Shown: positions 1 through 9,400 of the stretch, in pieces | Position numbering within the stretch: the first letter of the stretch is position 1 | Layout of the letters: each line of letters begins with the position of its first letter | The notes under the pieces: generated by a model | Seen by the model: only the letters and a program-made list of their open reading frames with translations | Databases searched by the model: none | Told to the model about the DNA's origin: nothing | DNA from: an uncultured Methanomicrobiales archaeon | GTDB taxonomy: Archaea; Halobacteriota; Methanomicrobia; Methanomicrobiales; JACTUA01 | DNA: 64,000 nucleotides | Direction of reading: 5' to 3' | Assembly (NCBI GenBank): GCA_964551875.1 | Contig: CAZKEV010000007.1 | Coordinates: forward strand, 2,455 to 66,454 | Position numbers and translations under genes: made by a program

Positions 1-461
1 TTGTCCGGGAGGTTGACACCGGTGAGCTTGGCACCTGCGTACTTGAAGAACTGCATCTCAGGGGTCTTGACCTCTTCCCCTGCACAGAGCTTCCGGATGA
101 TCTTGACCGCTTCTTCGAGGCGTGCGACCGGCTTCTCAGGCGCGATTGCAAGCTTCGGCAGGGTTGAGAGGTCGCCGGGTCCGATACCGAGGACCGCACG
201 CCCGTCGGACATCTCCTCGAGGGTGCAGATGAAGGACGCAATCGCGGCCGGGGTGTCGGTGAAGGAGTTCATGATGCCCGGGCCCATGTTCAGGGTGGTG
301 GTTGCCTGGGCGATGGCCGCGAGGGTGGGGTAGCAGTGGCGGTTGTTGTAGTGGTTGGTAATCCATGCATAGTCAATGTCCTTGTTCTCAGCAAGTTTGC
401 AGAACTTGACAACCTGCTTGACATTAACATTTCCGGGGACGAATTCTATTCCGTAAGACAA
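1..461 (-). CDS. mer: 5,10-methylenetetrahydromethanopterin reductase (N-terminal part; runs off the window)
   Basis: Not in the ORF track. Manual translation from TTG at 461 gives MSYGIEFVPGNVNVKQVVKFCKLAENKDIDYAWITNHYNNRHCYPTLAAIA...LGIGPGD, typical of Mer. GAGGTGA RBS lies just upstream. Confidence 0.93.
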   Translation of the reverse strand, partial: MSYGIEFVPGNVNVKQVVKFCKLAENKDIDYAWITNHYNNRHCYPTLAAIAQATTTLNMGPGIMNSFTDTPAAIASFICTLEEMSDGRAVLGIGPGDLSTLPKLAIAPEKPVARLEEAVKIIRKLCAGEEVKTPEMQFFKYAGAKLTGVNLPD

Positions 462-761
462 GGCTTTCACCTCATCACAATATACCGCCACCAGAGGAGA
501 TATATATTATCATTTTAAGTTGGGTTCCGAAACGGCCGCCGGTATGATGAGGGATTGGAGGGAATTCCGCACGGTAACCGCAAGTCCTGGAACAGCCCCA
601 TTTTCACGGCAGGCTCTGCGAAAGGAAGAACGGGTGGGCGGCTGAAGAAGGGGTTCTCCAGACGGTGTGAGGGGCCTGCCAGGGACCCGTTTCGCCGTAA
701 AAGAGGTAGAGGACCGCCACAAACCTAATACCCCGGGAGGTCTGATCTATGAAAGGAGGAA

Positions 762-788
762 CTATTTAGCCCGTTATCTCCTAAATAG
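762..788. promoter_or_regulatory. 8-bp perfect inverted repeat upstream of the cetZ-like gene (candidate operator)
   Basis: CTATTTAG (762-769) N11 CTAAATAG (781-788), 37 nt before the ATG at 826. Confidence 0.35.
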
Positions 789-825
789 GAGCGTGCGGGA
801 TCGATACCTCCCCTAGGGCTTTCGC

Positions 826-2691
826 ATGCGGGTACTTGCCATCGGGTTGGGCGGGGCAGGGGCGAGGATTGTTGACACCCTCTACGGGCAGGACCTGCAG
901 GGGAGCATCCACTGCATGTCAGCCCTCGCCGTGGATTTCGATATCGACACCCTCATGCGCCTGAAGTACCTCCCGTTGGACGCGAGGATCCATTTCCCGC
1001 CCATCGATCCGACCACCCCCTACGATGTAGAGACCACCATCGATATCGAGCAGGTGATGACCCAGATCCAGCAGGTCGACACCATCGAGATCGATTCCAT
1101 CCTCATCTTCGCAGGCCTCGGTGGGAGCATGGTGGATGTAGCTCCCCTCATCATCCCAGAACTCCGCAAGTCGTTCATCGAGCCCATCTTCGCCGTCGTC
1201 ACCCTCCCCTGCGGGGGAGAGGGGAAGAAGCGCTCGGCAAAAGCCGCCGATGATATCGAGGAGCTCAAACCCCTCGTCGATGCCGTGATCCTCTTTGACA
1301 ATGATACCTGGTACCGGCGGATCAAGGATGAGCTCGCGATCACCGATGAGAAGGTCGCGAAGCGGGAGATCCCGAAGAGGCTCGCAAAGAAGATCCTCTC
1401 CCAGCCCCTGAACCGGCGCGAGTACATCCACAACCTCCTGAACACCAACGTCGCCCGGCAGATGGGGCTCATCCTGCATGCCGGGGAGTTTTCCGAGGAA
1501 GGGGTCGAGGTGGGCGAGGTGGTCCTCGACGCGGGGGAGGTCCTCAATACCCTCGTCGGGATGGGCCTCGTTGCCATCGGGTATGCGGCGGAGAGCCTCC
1601 CCAGCGGCTACCTGAGGTTCCTGGATCGCTGGCGCCCGGCGAGCTACTTCATCCAGAACTCCCAGAACAAGGCCTCCCGGATCGTCTCCCTCGCAAAAAA
1701 GGCGATTTACGAGGAGGTCTCCGTCCCCTGCGACCTCACGAGCGCGGAGAAGGCCCTCGTCCTCATCGCCGGGCCCTCCCAGGAGCTCTCCATGCGGGGG
1801 TTCCAGACGGTGAGGAAGTGGATCGACCGCTCCATCGCCGGCCTCGAGATGCGTTCCGGCGATTACCCGATACAGAATACCCGGTATGTCGGGATCATCA
1901 TCATGCTCTCGGGGATGAGAAATATTCCGCGCCTTGACGAGCTCGCACAGCTCAGGGAGGAGTACAGGATTGAACTGGAGCAGGAGGGTCAGCGGTCCGA
2001 GGAGGAGCTTCCGGGTTCTTCCGGACAGCCCGGGACCCTTCCCATGGAGGAGGTCGGAACGGGGGAAGTGCGGGCCCCGGCTGTCACGGCGAGGGAGATA
2101 AAAGACAGGATGATCACCGTCCCGGGAGCGAAAAAGTCCGCGAAGGCCGGGAGGTCGGCACCCCTCTTCGAGGGTCTGAATATGTCCATCGGGAAGGTCC
2201 GGGGGGGAGGAGAGACCCAGGGACGGGAGGGAGGGGTACCCACCGAGATCACGAGGAAGACCGTCGTGAAAGGGCCCCAGGCCCCGAAGGACACCGTCTT
2301 TGGCCTGAAGGACATCCGGATGGACCGTGGTCCCGGGAAGGTTGCAGAAGGGGCTTCGGGGGTCGGGGTACCCCGGGCAAACAGGCCGAAGGAGGATGCC
2401 CTTGGTGCCGGCGATATCCGGTTCAGCCCGGTGGACAGGGCGAAGGATGCCCTCTTCACTTCGAGGGATCTCCAGGTGAAGGGGAAGGGGGTCCGGGCGA
2501 CCGATACATCCCTTCTCTCACCCGGCAAGGGAAAGGTCCCTGCCGCCGGACAGCCCAAAGAGCTCGACCCGGGAAGGCGGAGGATCGACGTGATCAATCC
2601 ATCCGCCGCCGAGAAAGAGGCAGGGAAGCCCGGGAAGAAACCGAGGGGGCGCGGCAAGAAAGACGACGAAGAGATCGGCTGGATCCATTAA
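826..2691 (+). CDS. Divergent tubulin/FtsZ-superfamily (CetZ-like) protein with a long low-complexity C-terminal tail
   Basis: MRVLAIGLGGAGARIVD (T1 loop), AGLGGSM (degenerate T4), ILFDNDTW and the GDYP C-terminal domain match the CetZ layout. About 240 aa of G/P/K/E-rich tail follows. Confidence 0.85.
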   Translation: MRVLAIGLGGAGARIVDTLYGQDLQGSIHCMSALAVDFDIDTLMRLKYLPLDARIHFPPIDPTTPYDVETTIDIEQVMTQIQQVDTIEIDSILIFAGLGGSMVDVAPLIIPELRKSFIEPIFAVVTLPCGGEGKKRSAKAADDIEELKPLVDAVILFDNDTWYRRIKDELAITDEKVAKREIPKRLAKKILSQPLNRREYIHNLLNTNVARQMGLILHAGEFSEEGVEVGEVVLDAGEVLNTLVGMGLVAIGYAAESLPSGYLRFLDRWRPASYFIQNSQNKASRIVSLAKKAIYEEVSVPCDLTSAEKALVLIAGPSQELSMRGFQTVRKWIDRSIAGLEMRSGDYPIQNTRYVGIIIMLSGMRNIPRLDELAQLREEYRIELEQEGQRSEEELPGSSGQPGTLPMEEVGTGEVRAPAVTAREIKDRMITVPGAKKSAKAGRSAPLFEGLNMSIGKVRGGGETQGREGGVPTEITRKTVVKGPQAPKDTVFGLKDIRMDRGPGKVAEGASGVGVPRANRPKEDALGAGDIRFSPVDRAKDALFTSRDLQVKGKGVRATDTSLLSPGKGKVPAAGQPKELDPGRRRIDVINPSAAEKEAGKPGKKPRGRGKKDDEEIGWIH

Positions 2692-2838
2692 GCTCTGCAA
2701 GATAACATTCCACTTCTGAAAAACACCCGGGCTCCCATTATGGTCAGTTTTCCAAAGAGATCCCATCCCCTTCGCGTGTCCACAGGTGAAGGGAGAGAAG
2801 GTTGGGTTGGAAAGCGTATTTTTCGGAGAAAAGATAGG

Positions 2839-5817
2839 TTAGTGGATGAAGATCTTCGGTGTCGGGACATCCAACGGGATGCTGAACTGGGTTATGTCGA
2901 AGGAGCTGTCTGCGTCGTCCACAAAGCCGGTCACCCTTGCCTTGTACGTCCCCGGCGCAAGGTCACTGATGTCCATGGTGTACGTATCCGATGTATCGCC
3001 AATTGCTGCCCAATTGGTTGCCTTGTATGAGTAAGCCTCAGAGTTCAGGGGGGCGACTTCGATCTCTTCCCTGATATCTGGATCTTTCCCGTCGTAGATG
3101 ATATCCCACACAAGGAGCGCGTTTTCCCTGTCCTTGTCCGGGTTTATTCTCTGGAGGTTCTTGATCTCGAGCTTCGGCGAGGTTATCCCCTTGTCCGTCC
3201 CGCCCGGGATGGCGGTGACGAAGGTGTCCGGTGCCGGGACTGAGGTGGCAGAGCCCTGGTTGTCATTGAAGTAGAGCTTGGAGCTGGAACTGATGAGCCT
3301 GATGTTCCCGGCCATGGTCACATTCAGGATGAAGTTCACCAGCCATACCTCGTTCACCTTGATGGTCCCCATCGAGACGTTGATTATGCCCTTATTCCAG
3401 TCCAACGTTGAGTTCACCGTCTCCCAGGTTCCGTTCGGCCGCGTCACCCTGGTGGATATGCCATCGGTGTACACATACTGGAGGACTCTGGACCCGGGTG
3501 TAACCGGAACACCATTCACATCCACGCTCGAGAAGTCCAGGGACATGGTGGTATTCACCCCCGCCGTGTCCTTGAGGGCGCCTGCGATCTGTCCGTAGAA
3601 GTTGATGAGATCGTCCGACGTCAGGGCATAGTAGTACTTCCCGTAGGTGCTTTCCGCGAGGGCCCTGAGGGTCGCCTGTCCGTCGGTTGATATGGAGTCC
3701 GAATACCCGATGGCATAGATCCGGATCTTATTATCCCTCGCATATTGCGACATGTTCTGGTCCTCGCTGGAAAGGTCCGAGAAGGGGTAATACGGACGCG
3801 ACGTATCCCCCTGACTGAACGAATCCGGCGAGCATGGTACCGTGTGGCCCGGGGAACAGGTCCCATCACGATTATACTTATCGCACGACCAGCAGGCGCC
3901 GCCCCGGGCAAGCGGGTCGCCGTAATAGTTGTAGTCCCCGTCAGAGAGGATGACGAGACCCTTCACCGAATCGGATTTCTTGTCATTCTTCAGCTCGGTG
4001 ATGGCCTGGTAGAGGGCGTTGCGCAGGGGGGTGGCACCCGATGGCTTAAGATTTGAAATCACGTTTGTGATCTGGTTTGGATCGTTGGTCAGCGCCTGAT
4101 CGATGGTTACATCATATGGGTAGTACGTATCATCCCCGAAAGAGAACTGCCCGAGGTTATCCACCTTGTAGTCGAACTGGTCCTTGAACGCCATTGCCGC
4201 AATCTTCACCAGATCTATGCGGGAAGGGACGCCCCACGACATTGATCCGGAGCGGTCGGTGACCATGTACGCGTCAACAGGCTTCGGCTTCAGGGCATAC
4301 CCGTCACCCCTCACCTGGATGGTAACATCCACGGTGCCGTTCGTGTCCACGGTCTTGGGGTCAACGGAGGTGATCACGCTGAGGTAGGGATAGTTCTTGT
4401 AGCTGAGGTTCAGGTCCATGTATTTGCCCGTCCACTTTGCCCTGACCCGGGCAACCCCCTCGGCCATGAGGCTGAAACTGGGGTTGCTGGTATCCGCGAT
4501 GAAGGAGCCCGGCGTAAAGGTCCCGATGGCATACCCGGTCTCATCGGTGACGGCGCTGACCTCCTCGTCTTTCTTGTCTGTCGTCTTCTTGTCTCCCGTG
4601 ATGGACGGCCCCTTGGTCGGGCTAAAGGATCCGGTGTTCACGTCCTGGATGCTGAAATAGATTGTCTGTTGCGGGACCGGGTTCCCCAGGCTATCGATGA
4701 CCTTTGCCATAAGGAGGGCTTTCGCCCCGCTGTCCACCTCGCCGCTTGCCATGGTCTGCGGGCTTGCAGTGAAGGAGATATCGGTGGGCTTGCCGCTCAC
4801 AAACTGGACCGTCTGGACCGCGGAGACCTTGGGGTTGTCCTGCGACTGTGCGGTTATGGTGTACCTCCCTGGCCCGGTCTTGGGGCCATAGGAGATGGTC
4901 ACCTTCCCCTCGTTGTTCGTGCTGATCACCCTGCGCTCGCCGGCAGTCGTGAAGATGGAGAGGGTCCGGCCGGTGCTGGGGTTCCCGTACTGGTCGGAGA
5001 GCAGGTAATTGATGGTGCACACCGATGAGCCGTCGGTGGTGAGGGTGGGTGGCTTTCCACCGGGGGTCACTGTCTGGGTGATGGAGGAGGGCGGGAGGTT
5101 CGCAATACCCTGGATGCTGATGAGGGTCCATGGCAGGGGATCGGGGGGATCGATGAGTACGAAGTTCTCCCCCGGGTGGGTATTGAGGGCGAAATCCACG
5201 TCCGCGTAGCCCGAATCGTTGAGGGCAACCGAGTGCCCCTTCACCTTCCCGCCTACACTTGTGCTGGAGGTCTCGGTCAGGAAGCCATTATCCCCACTAT
5301 TGGTGGTGATGAAGGTGACCGTGTTCTTCTTCTTCTTGCTGCTGACCGGGTTCCCGTACTGGTCCGTCACCCGGATCGTGATATCGGTGATGGATCCCAC
5401 GGATGCAATGCTCGGATAAGAATTCGTTGCTTTCGTGGGGAGGTCAGCAGTGATGTTCTGGGAATAAGTCTGGACCACAGGGACGGTCGTGGTTCCCGGA
5501 ACGGTCACCGTTGCCGTGATGACGGCAGTGCCTGCTGTCGTGGTAGGGAGGAATCTGGTCACGATCTGCCCGCCAGCCGGTGTCGTTCCCATGGTATCCT
5601 GGAGGCTCCAGGGCTGGGTGACACTGAGCACGATACTCGCATCCCCGATGGCTTTATTTGTACCATCGGTCACGATGACCGTGATGTTTGCAGAGTCGGT
5701 ATTGTCTGGGGCGACCCACAAATTGGAGCTTGTCACAACGACGTTTACCGGGCTGAGGGCGGCGGCAGTACCAACTAAGAGGAGGATACTGATGAACAGG
5801 ATGCAGAGGCGCTTCGT
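2839..5817 (-). CDS. Secreted Ig-like (invasin/Big_1-type) repeat + vWA domain adhesin, paralog 1
   Basis: Repeated D-x-x-GNP Ig modules and a vWA domain with MIDAS DRSGS...GATPL...LSDGD. The in-frame signal peptide (M)KRLCILFISILLLVGTAAA lies upstream of the ORF-track start (5736) and begins at an ACG codon (5817). The start is uncertain. Confidence 0.85.
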   Translation of the reverse strand, partial: TKRLCILFISILLLVGTAAALSPVNVVVTSSNLWVAPDNTDSANITVIVTDGTNKAIGDASIVLSVTQPWSLQDTMGTTPAGGQIVTRFLPTTTAGTAVITATVTVPGTTTVPVVQTYSQNITADLPTKATNSYPSIASVGSITDITIRVTDQYGNPVSSKKKKNTVTFITTNSGDNGFLTETSSTSVGGKVKGHSVALNDSGYADVDFALNTHPGENFVLIDPPDPLPWTLISIQGIANLPPSSITQTVTPGGKPPTLTTDGSSVCTINYLLSDQYGNPSTGRTLSIFTTAGERRVISTNNEGKVTISYGPKTGPGRYTITAQSQDNPKVSAVQTVQFVSGKPTDISFTASPQTMASGEVDSGAKALLMAKVIDSLGNPVPQQTIYFSIQDVNTGSFSPTKGPSITGDKKTTDKKDEEVSAVTDETGYAIGTFTPGSFIADTSNPSFSLMAEGVARVRAKWTGKYMDLNLSYKNYPYLSVITSVDPKTVDTNGTVDVTIQVRGDGYALKPKPVDAYMVTDRSGSMSWGVPSRIDLVKIAAMAFKDQFDYKVDNLGQFSFGDDTYYPYDVTIDQALTNDPNQITNVISNLKPSGATPLRNALYQAITELKNDKKSDSVKGLVILSDGDYNYYGDPLARGGACWSCDKYNRDGTCSPGHTVPCSPDSFSQGDTSRPYYPFSDLSSEDQNMSQYARDNKIRIYAIGYSDSISTDGQATLRALAESTYGKYYYALTSDDLINFYGQIAGALKDTAGVNTTMSLDFSSVDVNGVPVTPGSRVLQYVYTDGISTRVTRPNGTWETVNSTLDWNKGIINVSMGTIKVNEVWLVNFILNVTMAGNIRLISSSSKLYFNDNQGSATSVPAPDTFVTAIPGGTDKGITSPKLEIKNLQRINPDKDRENALLVWDIIYDGKDPDIREEIEVAPLNSEAYSYKATNWAAIGDTSDTYTMDISDLAPGTYKARVTGFVDDADSSFDITQFSIPLDVPTPKIFIH

Positions 5818-5839
5818 ATCTTTCCCCCCCCTTTGTCAA

Positions 5840-5990
5840 ATTATGTATTTTACACTAATTGTATATATAAGTATCTTTCAAATGAAACTGCGTTATCATT
5901 GATATAATAATTTTCTGATGATATTATAGTTACAGAAAGTGAATCTGACATATATAATCTGATATTTTATCATTTAGAAGTTTTTTACCG
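5840..5990 (-). promoter_or_regulatory. AT-rich promoter region of adhesin 1
   Basis: Strongly AT-rich island in a GC-rich background. TTATATAT TATA box on the minus strand at ~5863-5870. Confidence 0.7.
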
Positions 5991-6469
5991 AAAATTGATC
6001 ATCCGGCACAGCTTCCGAAAAATTCGCGGAGGCCCTATCCCCTTGCCGTTCGGGCTGATATCCCCTATAATTTCCCTGTTTCATGAATGGTCCGGAGAAC
6101 CACAAAACCGGGGGAATTCTAGATCCTGGTATATGAGTATTTGTATCACCTGATTGGGAGATCCGGTTGATTCCTCCAGGATATATCGCCATGAGAGCCG
6201 CGATCTGGCCTGATTCCCTGAGAAAAGAAAATTGCGTTCGGATCCGCATGAGAATGGCCTTTCCACCCGCATTGAGAGCCCTCCCTCCAGGGAGGTTGAT
6301 CGGATGCAGCTGGATTGCGCAGCTGGATTGCCATGAAAATTGCACGTCAGACACGGCTGTTCAATGCAGAGGGAGATGGATGGGGAGGGAGGGTCATTCA
6401 GAGTGGTAAACCGATGGGAAGCAGTCATCACGGGATGGGCCATCGCGAAGAAAAGGGGAAGACAGATCA

Positions 6470-9400
6470 CTACTGGATCAGGATCTGGGGGGCTGTTGCT
6501 GGCCCGGGTATGACTATATCGACATAACCCACAGCATCGGTCGCATCGTTGACATGACCCCTGACCTTTACCCTGTACGGACCCGGTTTGAGGTCCCCGA
6601 TGTTGAGGTTGTAGAACGGGCTCCAGCCTCTCTTCTCATTGAAGTTATCCACCAACCCGAATGAGTCCGAAGGGCGGGGAGCAAGGGAGATCGTCCAGTC
6701 TATCCAATTATCGAATCCGTTGTATTTGGGCTCCCATTCTAGGTGGGCGATCTCTGTATCATCCGGATTTGTCCTATTGAGGTTCTCGATTTCGAAGACA
6801 ATGCCTTCAGGCCCTTTCTCTGTCCCGGGCGGGATAGCAGTGATATAGGTGTCCGGGATACCGACCTCTCCCTCTGTCCCTTTAAAGGTGATCTTCGAGC
6901 TCTTCTTGGAACTGAGTACCCTGATGTTTCCCTCGGTGAGGGCCCTCAGGGTGAAATTCACCACCCACTCCTGGTTCACCTTGATGATACCCGCCGAGAA
7001 ATTGAACTGCCCATTGGCCCAGTCCGTCGTGCTGTTAACGACGGACGTGAGAGCGGGCGAGTTTGGCGCAATGAAGGCAATCAACGTCGATCGCTTGGGA
7101 GGGAGGAATTCATACTTAAATACCGTATTTCCGGGGAGGGTATACGTCCCATTGACCTCCATATTCGTGAAGTCCAGGCTCACCTGGGTGTCGACCGAGG
7201 CTTCCTCCTTGAGCTCTCCGGCTATTTCCATGTAGATGGAGCCAAGCTGGCTGCTCGAAGCCGTCTCGTTGTACTTTCCCCCGGTCTCGGTGGCATAGGC
7301 CCGGAGCTCGTCCTTGTTGAGTTCAGACCCGAGGGCGATGGTGAAGATCTTGATGCCATTGTCCTTCGCCCAGGTGATGACGCTTCCTGTCCCCGGGCCG
7401 TCGTGGCCCCCCGGGCCGATCGCCGAGGATCCATCCGGGTTTCGGTAAGGTTCGGCGTGGCAGAATAAGGGTCTACCGGTAGTAATACTGCAGTCAGCGT
7501 AAATGCCCTGGGGGTCCCCGCCCATGTCCCAATTTCCGTCGGTGAGGAGGATGATGGCCTGCACCGCCCCATCCCGCCTGTTATTGATGAGCTGCTTCAC
7601 CGACTCGTAGATGGCCTCGCGCATCGGTGTGCCTCCCGCCGGAACGGTGGAGTTGATGGCCGTCCGTACCTGGGATTTATCGGGCGTCAGCGGGGAATCT
7701 ACAGAGATCGCCATCCCGTGGTAGTCCTTCCCTGCGGGCCAATGCCCGGGGTAATGAGCATCAACATAGGCCTTATCATCCGTGGAGTCCTGGTTGCTGG
7801 GATCCTGGCAGTCCTTCCCCTTATTACAGGTATAGTCCTTCCCCGCCCGGAACGCCAATTTGTCCTTATTCTTCCACCAGTTCGAATTGTTGCCCGGATT
7901 GACGCTTGTGTTATAGAGGATCGCAATCCCTCCCGAAGGAGCCCCGAAGGTGACAAGGCCGATCCTGTCCTGCCCGGACGTCTGGCCCACGAAAGTGTTT
8001 GCAGCATTCATGGCATCCACCATGCGATCGTCCAGGGACTCCACAACGAGTTTGCCGGTGGGAAAAGGAATCACACTCTCGTTGTAGAGCATGGTGGCAG
8101 ATCGATCGGTGCAGAGGACCACGTCGATGGGTTTGGGCTGCAGGGCCCAGCCGTCTCCCTTCAGGCGGACCGAGACATCCACCAGCTCCCCTGTCTGGAC
8201 GGTCTTCGGATTGACTTCCGTGTACACGGAGAGGAATGGATAGTTCTTATAGCTCAGGTCGATGAAACGGTCCACGGTGCCTGCGGGACCCTCCCACGAT
8301 GCATTGACGGTTGTCGTACCCTGGGCTGTTGCGCTCCAGTCCGCATTGGGGTAGACAGGGAAAGCCCCCGGATAGTAATCGAGGATGGCCTGCCCGTTCT
8401 CATCGGTATTGACGGAGAGAGGGTCACTGATATTGGACGTGGTTACCCCGCGGCTCCCGATGACAGGATCCTTGGTCTGGATATAGGTGCTGTTATCGGA
8501 CTTCCCGATCCAGAAGCTGACACTCTGCCCCTTCACGGGGTTCCCCTTCTCATCAATGACCTTCGCAATGACCTGGCCAACCATACTCGGGTTCACGTCA
8601 AGGCTTGCCATGGTCTGGGGGCTCGCGGTAAGGAGCATGTTGTCCGGGTCCAGGCTCCCGAACTGGAGTGTCTGGAAGATCCTGACGCTGCTGTTCATTA
8701 CGGCGGTGGCGGTGATGCTGTAGAATCCGGCAGTGAGCTTCGGGCCATAGAGGATGGTCGCGCGCCCCTCCTGGTTCGTGAAAAAGATCCTGTTCTCACC
8801 GGCGCTCGTGACGATCTGGATGCCCTGGTCAGTTGAGGGGTTCCCCCATTGATCAAAGAGGTAGTAGTCGATGGTTGCCTGTGAGCTGCTGTCAGCCGGG
8901 ATGAAGGGGGGATCCCCGGCGGGGTTGACGGACTGGCTGATGGAGAAGGGCTTGCTGTCCCCGATTCCCTTGATATCGATGAGCGACGATGAGAGGGGGG
9001 CGGGTGGGGTTATGTACACGAAGTTGTCCCCCTGTTTTGTGGCCATCAGATAGGTGACCTCTGCCCACCCCGTCTCATTGAGGGGAACAGAGATGGCCTT
9101 GAGCCGGTTTCCCATCCCGTCCGGGAATACGCCTGTCCCGCTGGCAGCGGTGAAGAAACTCACATTCGTCACCGCCCTCCTGCTGGTGACCGGGTTCCCG
9201 TACCGGTCCTCAACCAGGACCGAGATCCTTATCGGGGAACCAACCGTCGCGGTCTGCGGGTAGAGGGTTATCGCTGTGGAGGCTGGCCCCGCGTCGATCT
9301 TCTGGACAAAGCTTGCCGTTACCGGCGCGGTGGTCACGCCCGGAACCGTCGCAGTGGCCGTGATGATGGCGGACCCGCTCTTTGTGGTGGGGAGGAGGAG

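Noticed and set aside
520-760. Structured ncRNA (SRP or RNase P) between mer and cetZ
   Set aside because: No diagnostic conserved motifs were recognised.
5915-5948. Box C/D sRNA (CTGATGA...CTGA)
   Set aside because: Too short, no C'/D' boxes or terminal stem, and it lies in an AT-rich promoter.
5974-6470. Short ORFs in the inter-adhesin gap
   Set aside because: No RBS, motifs or typical codon usage, and the frames overlap and conflict.
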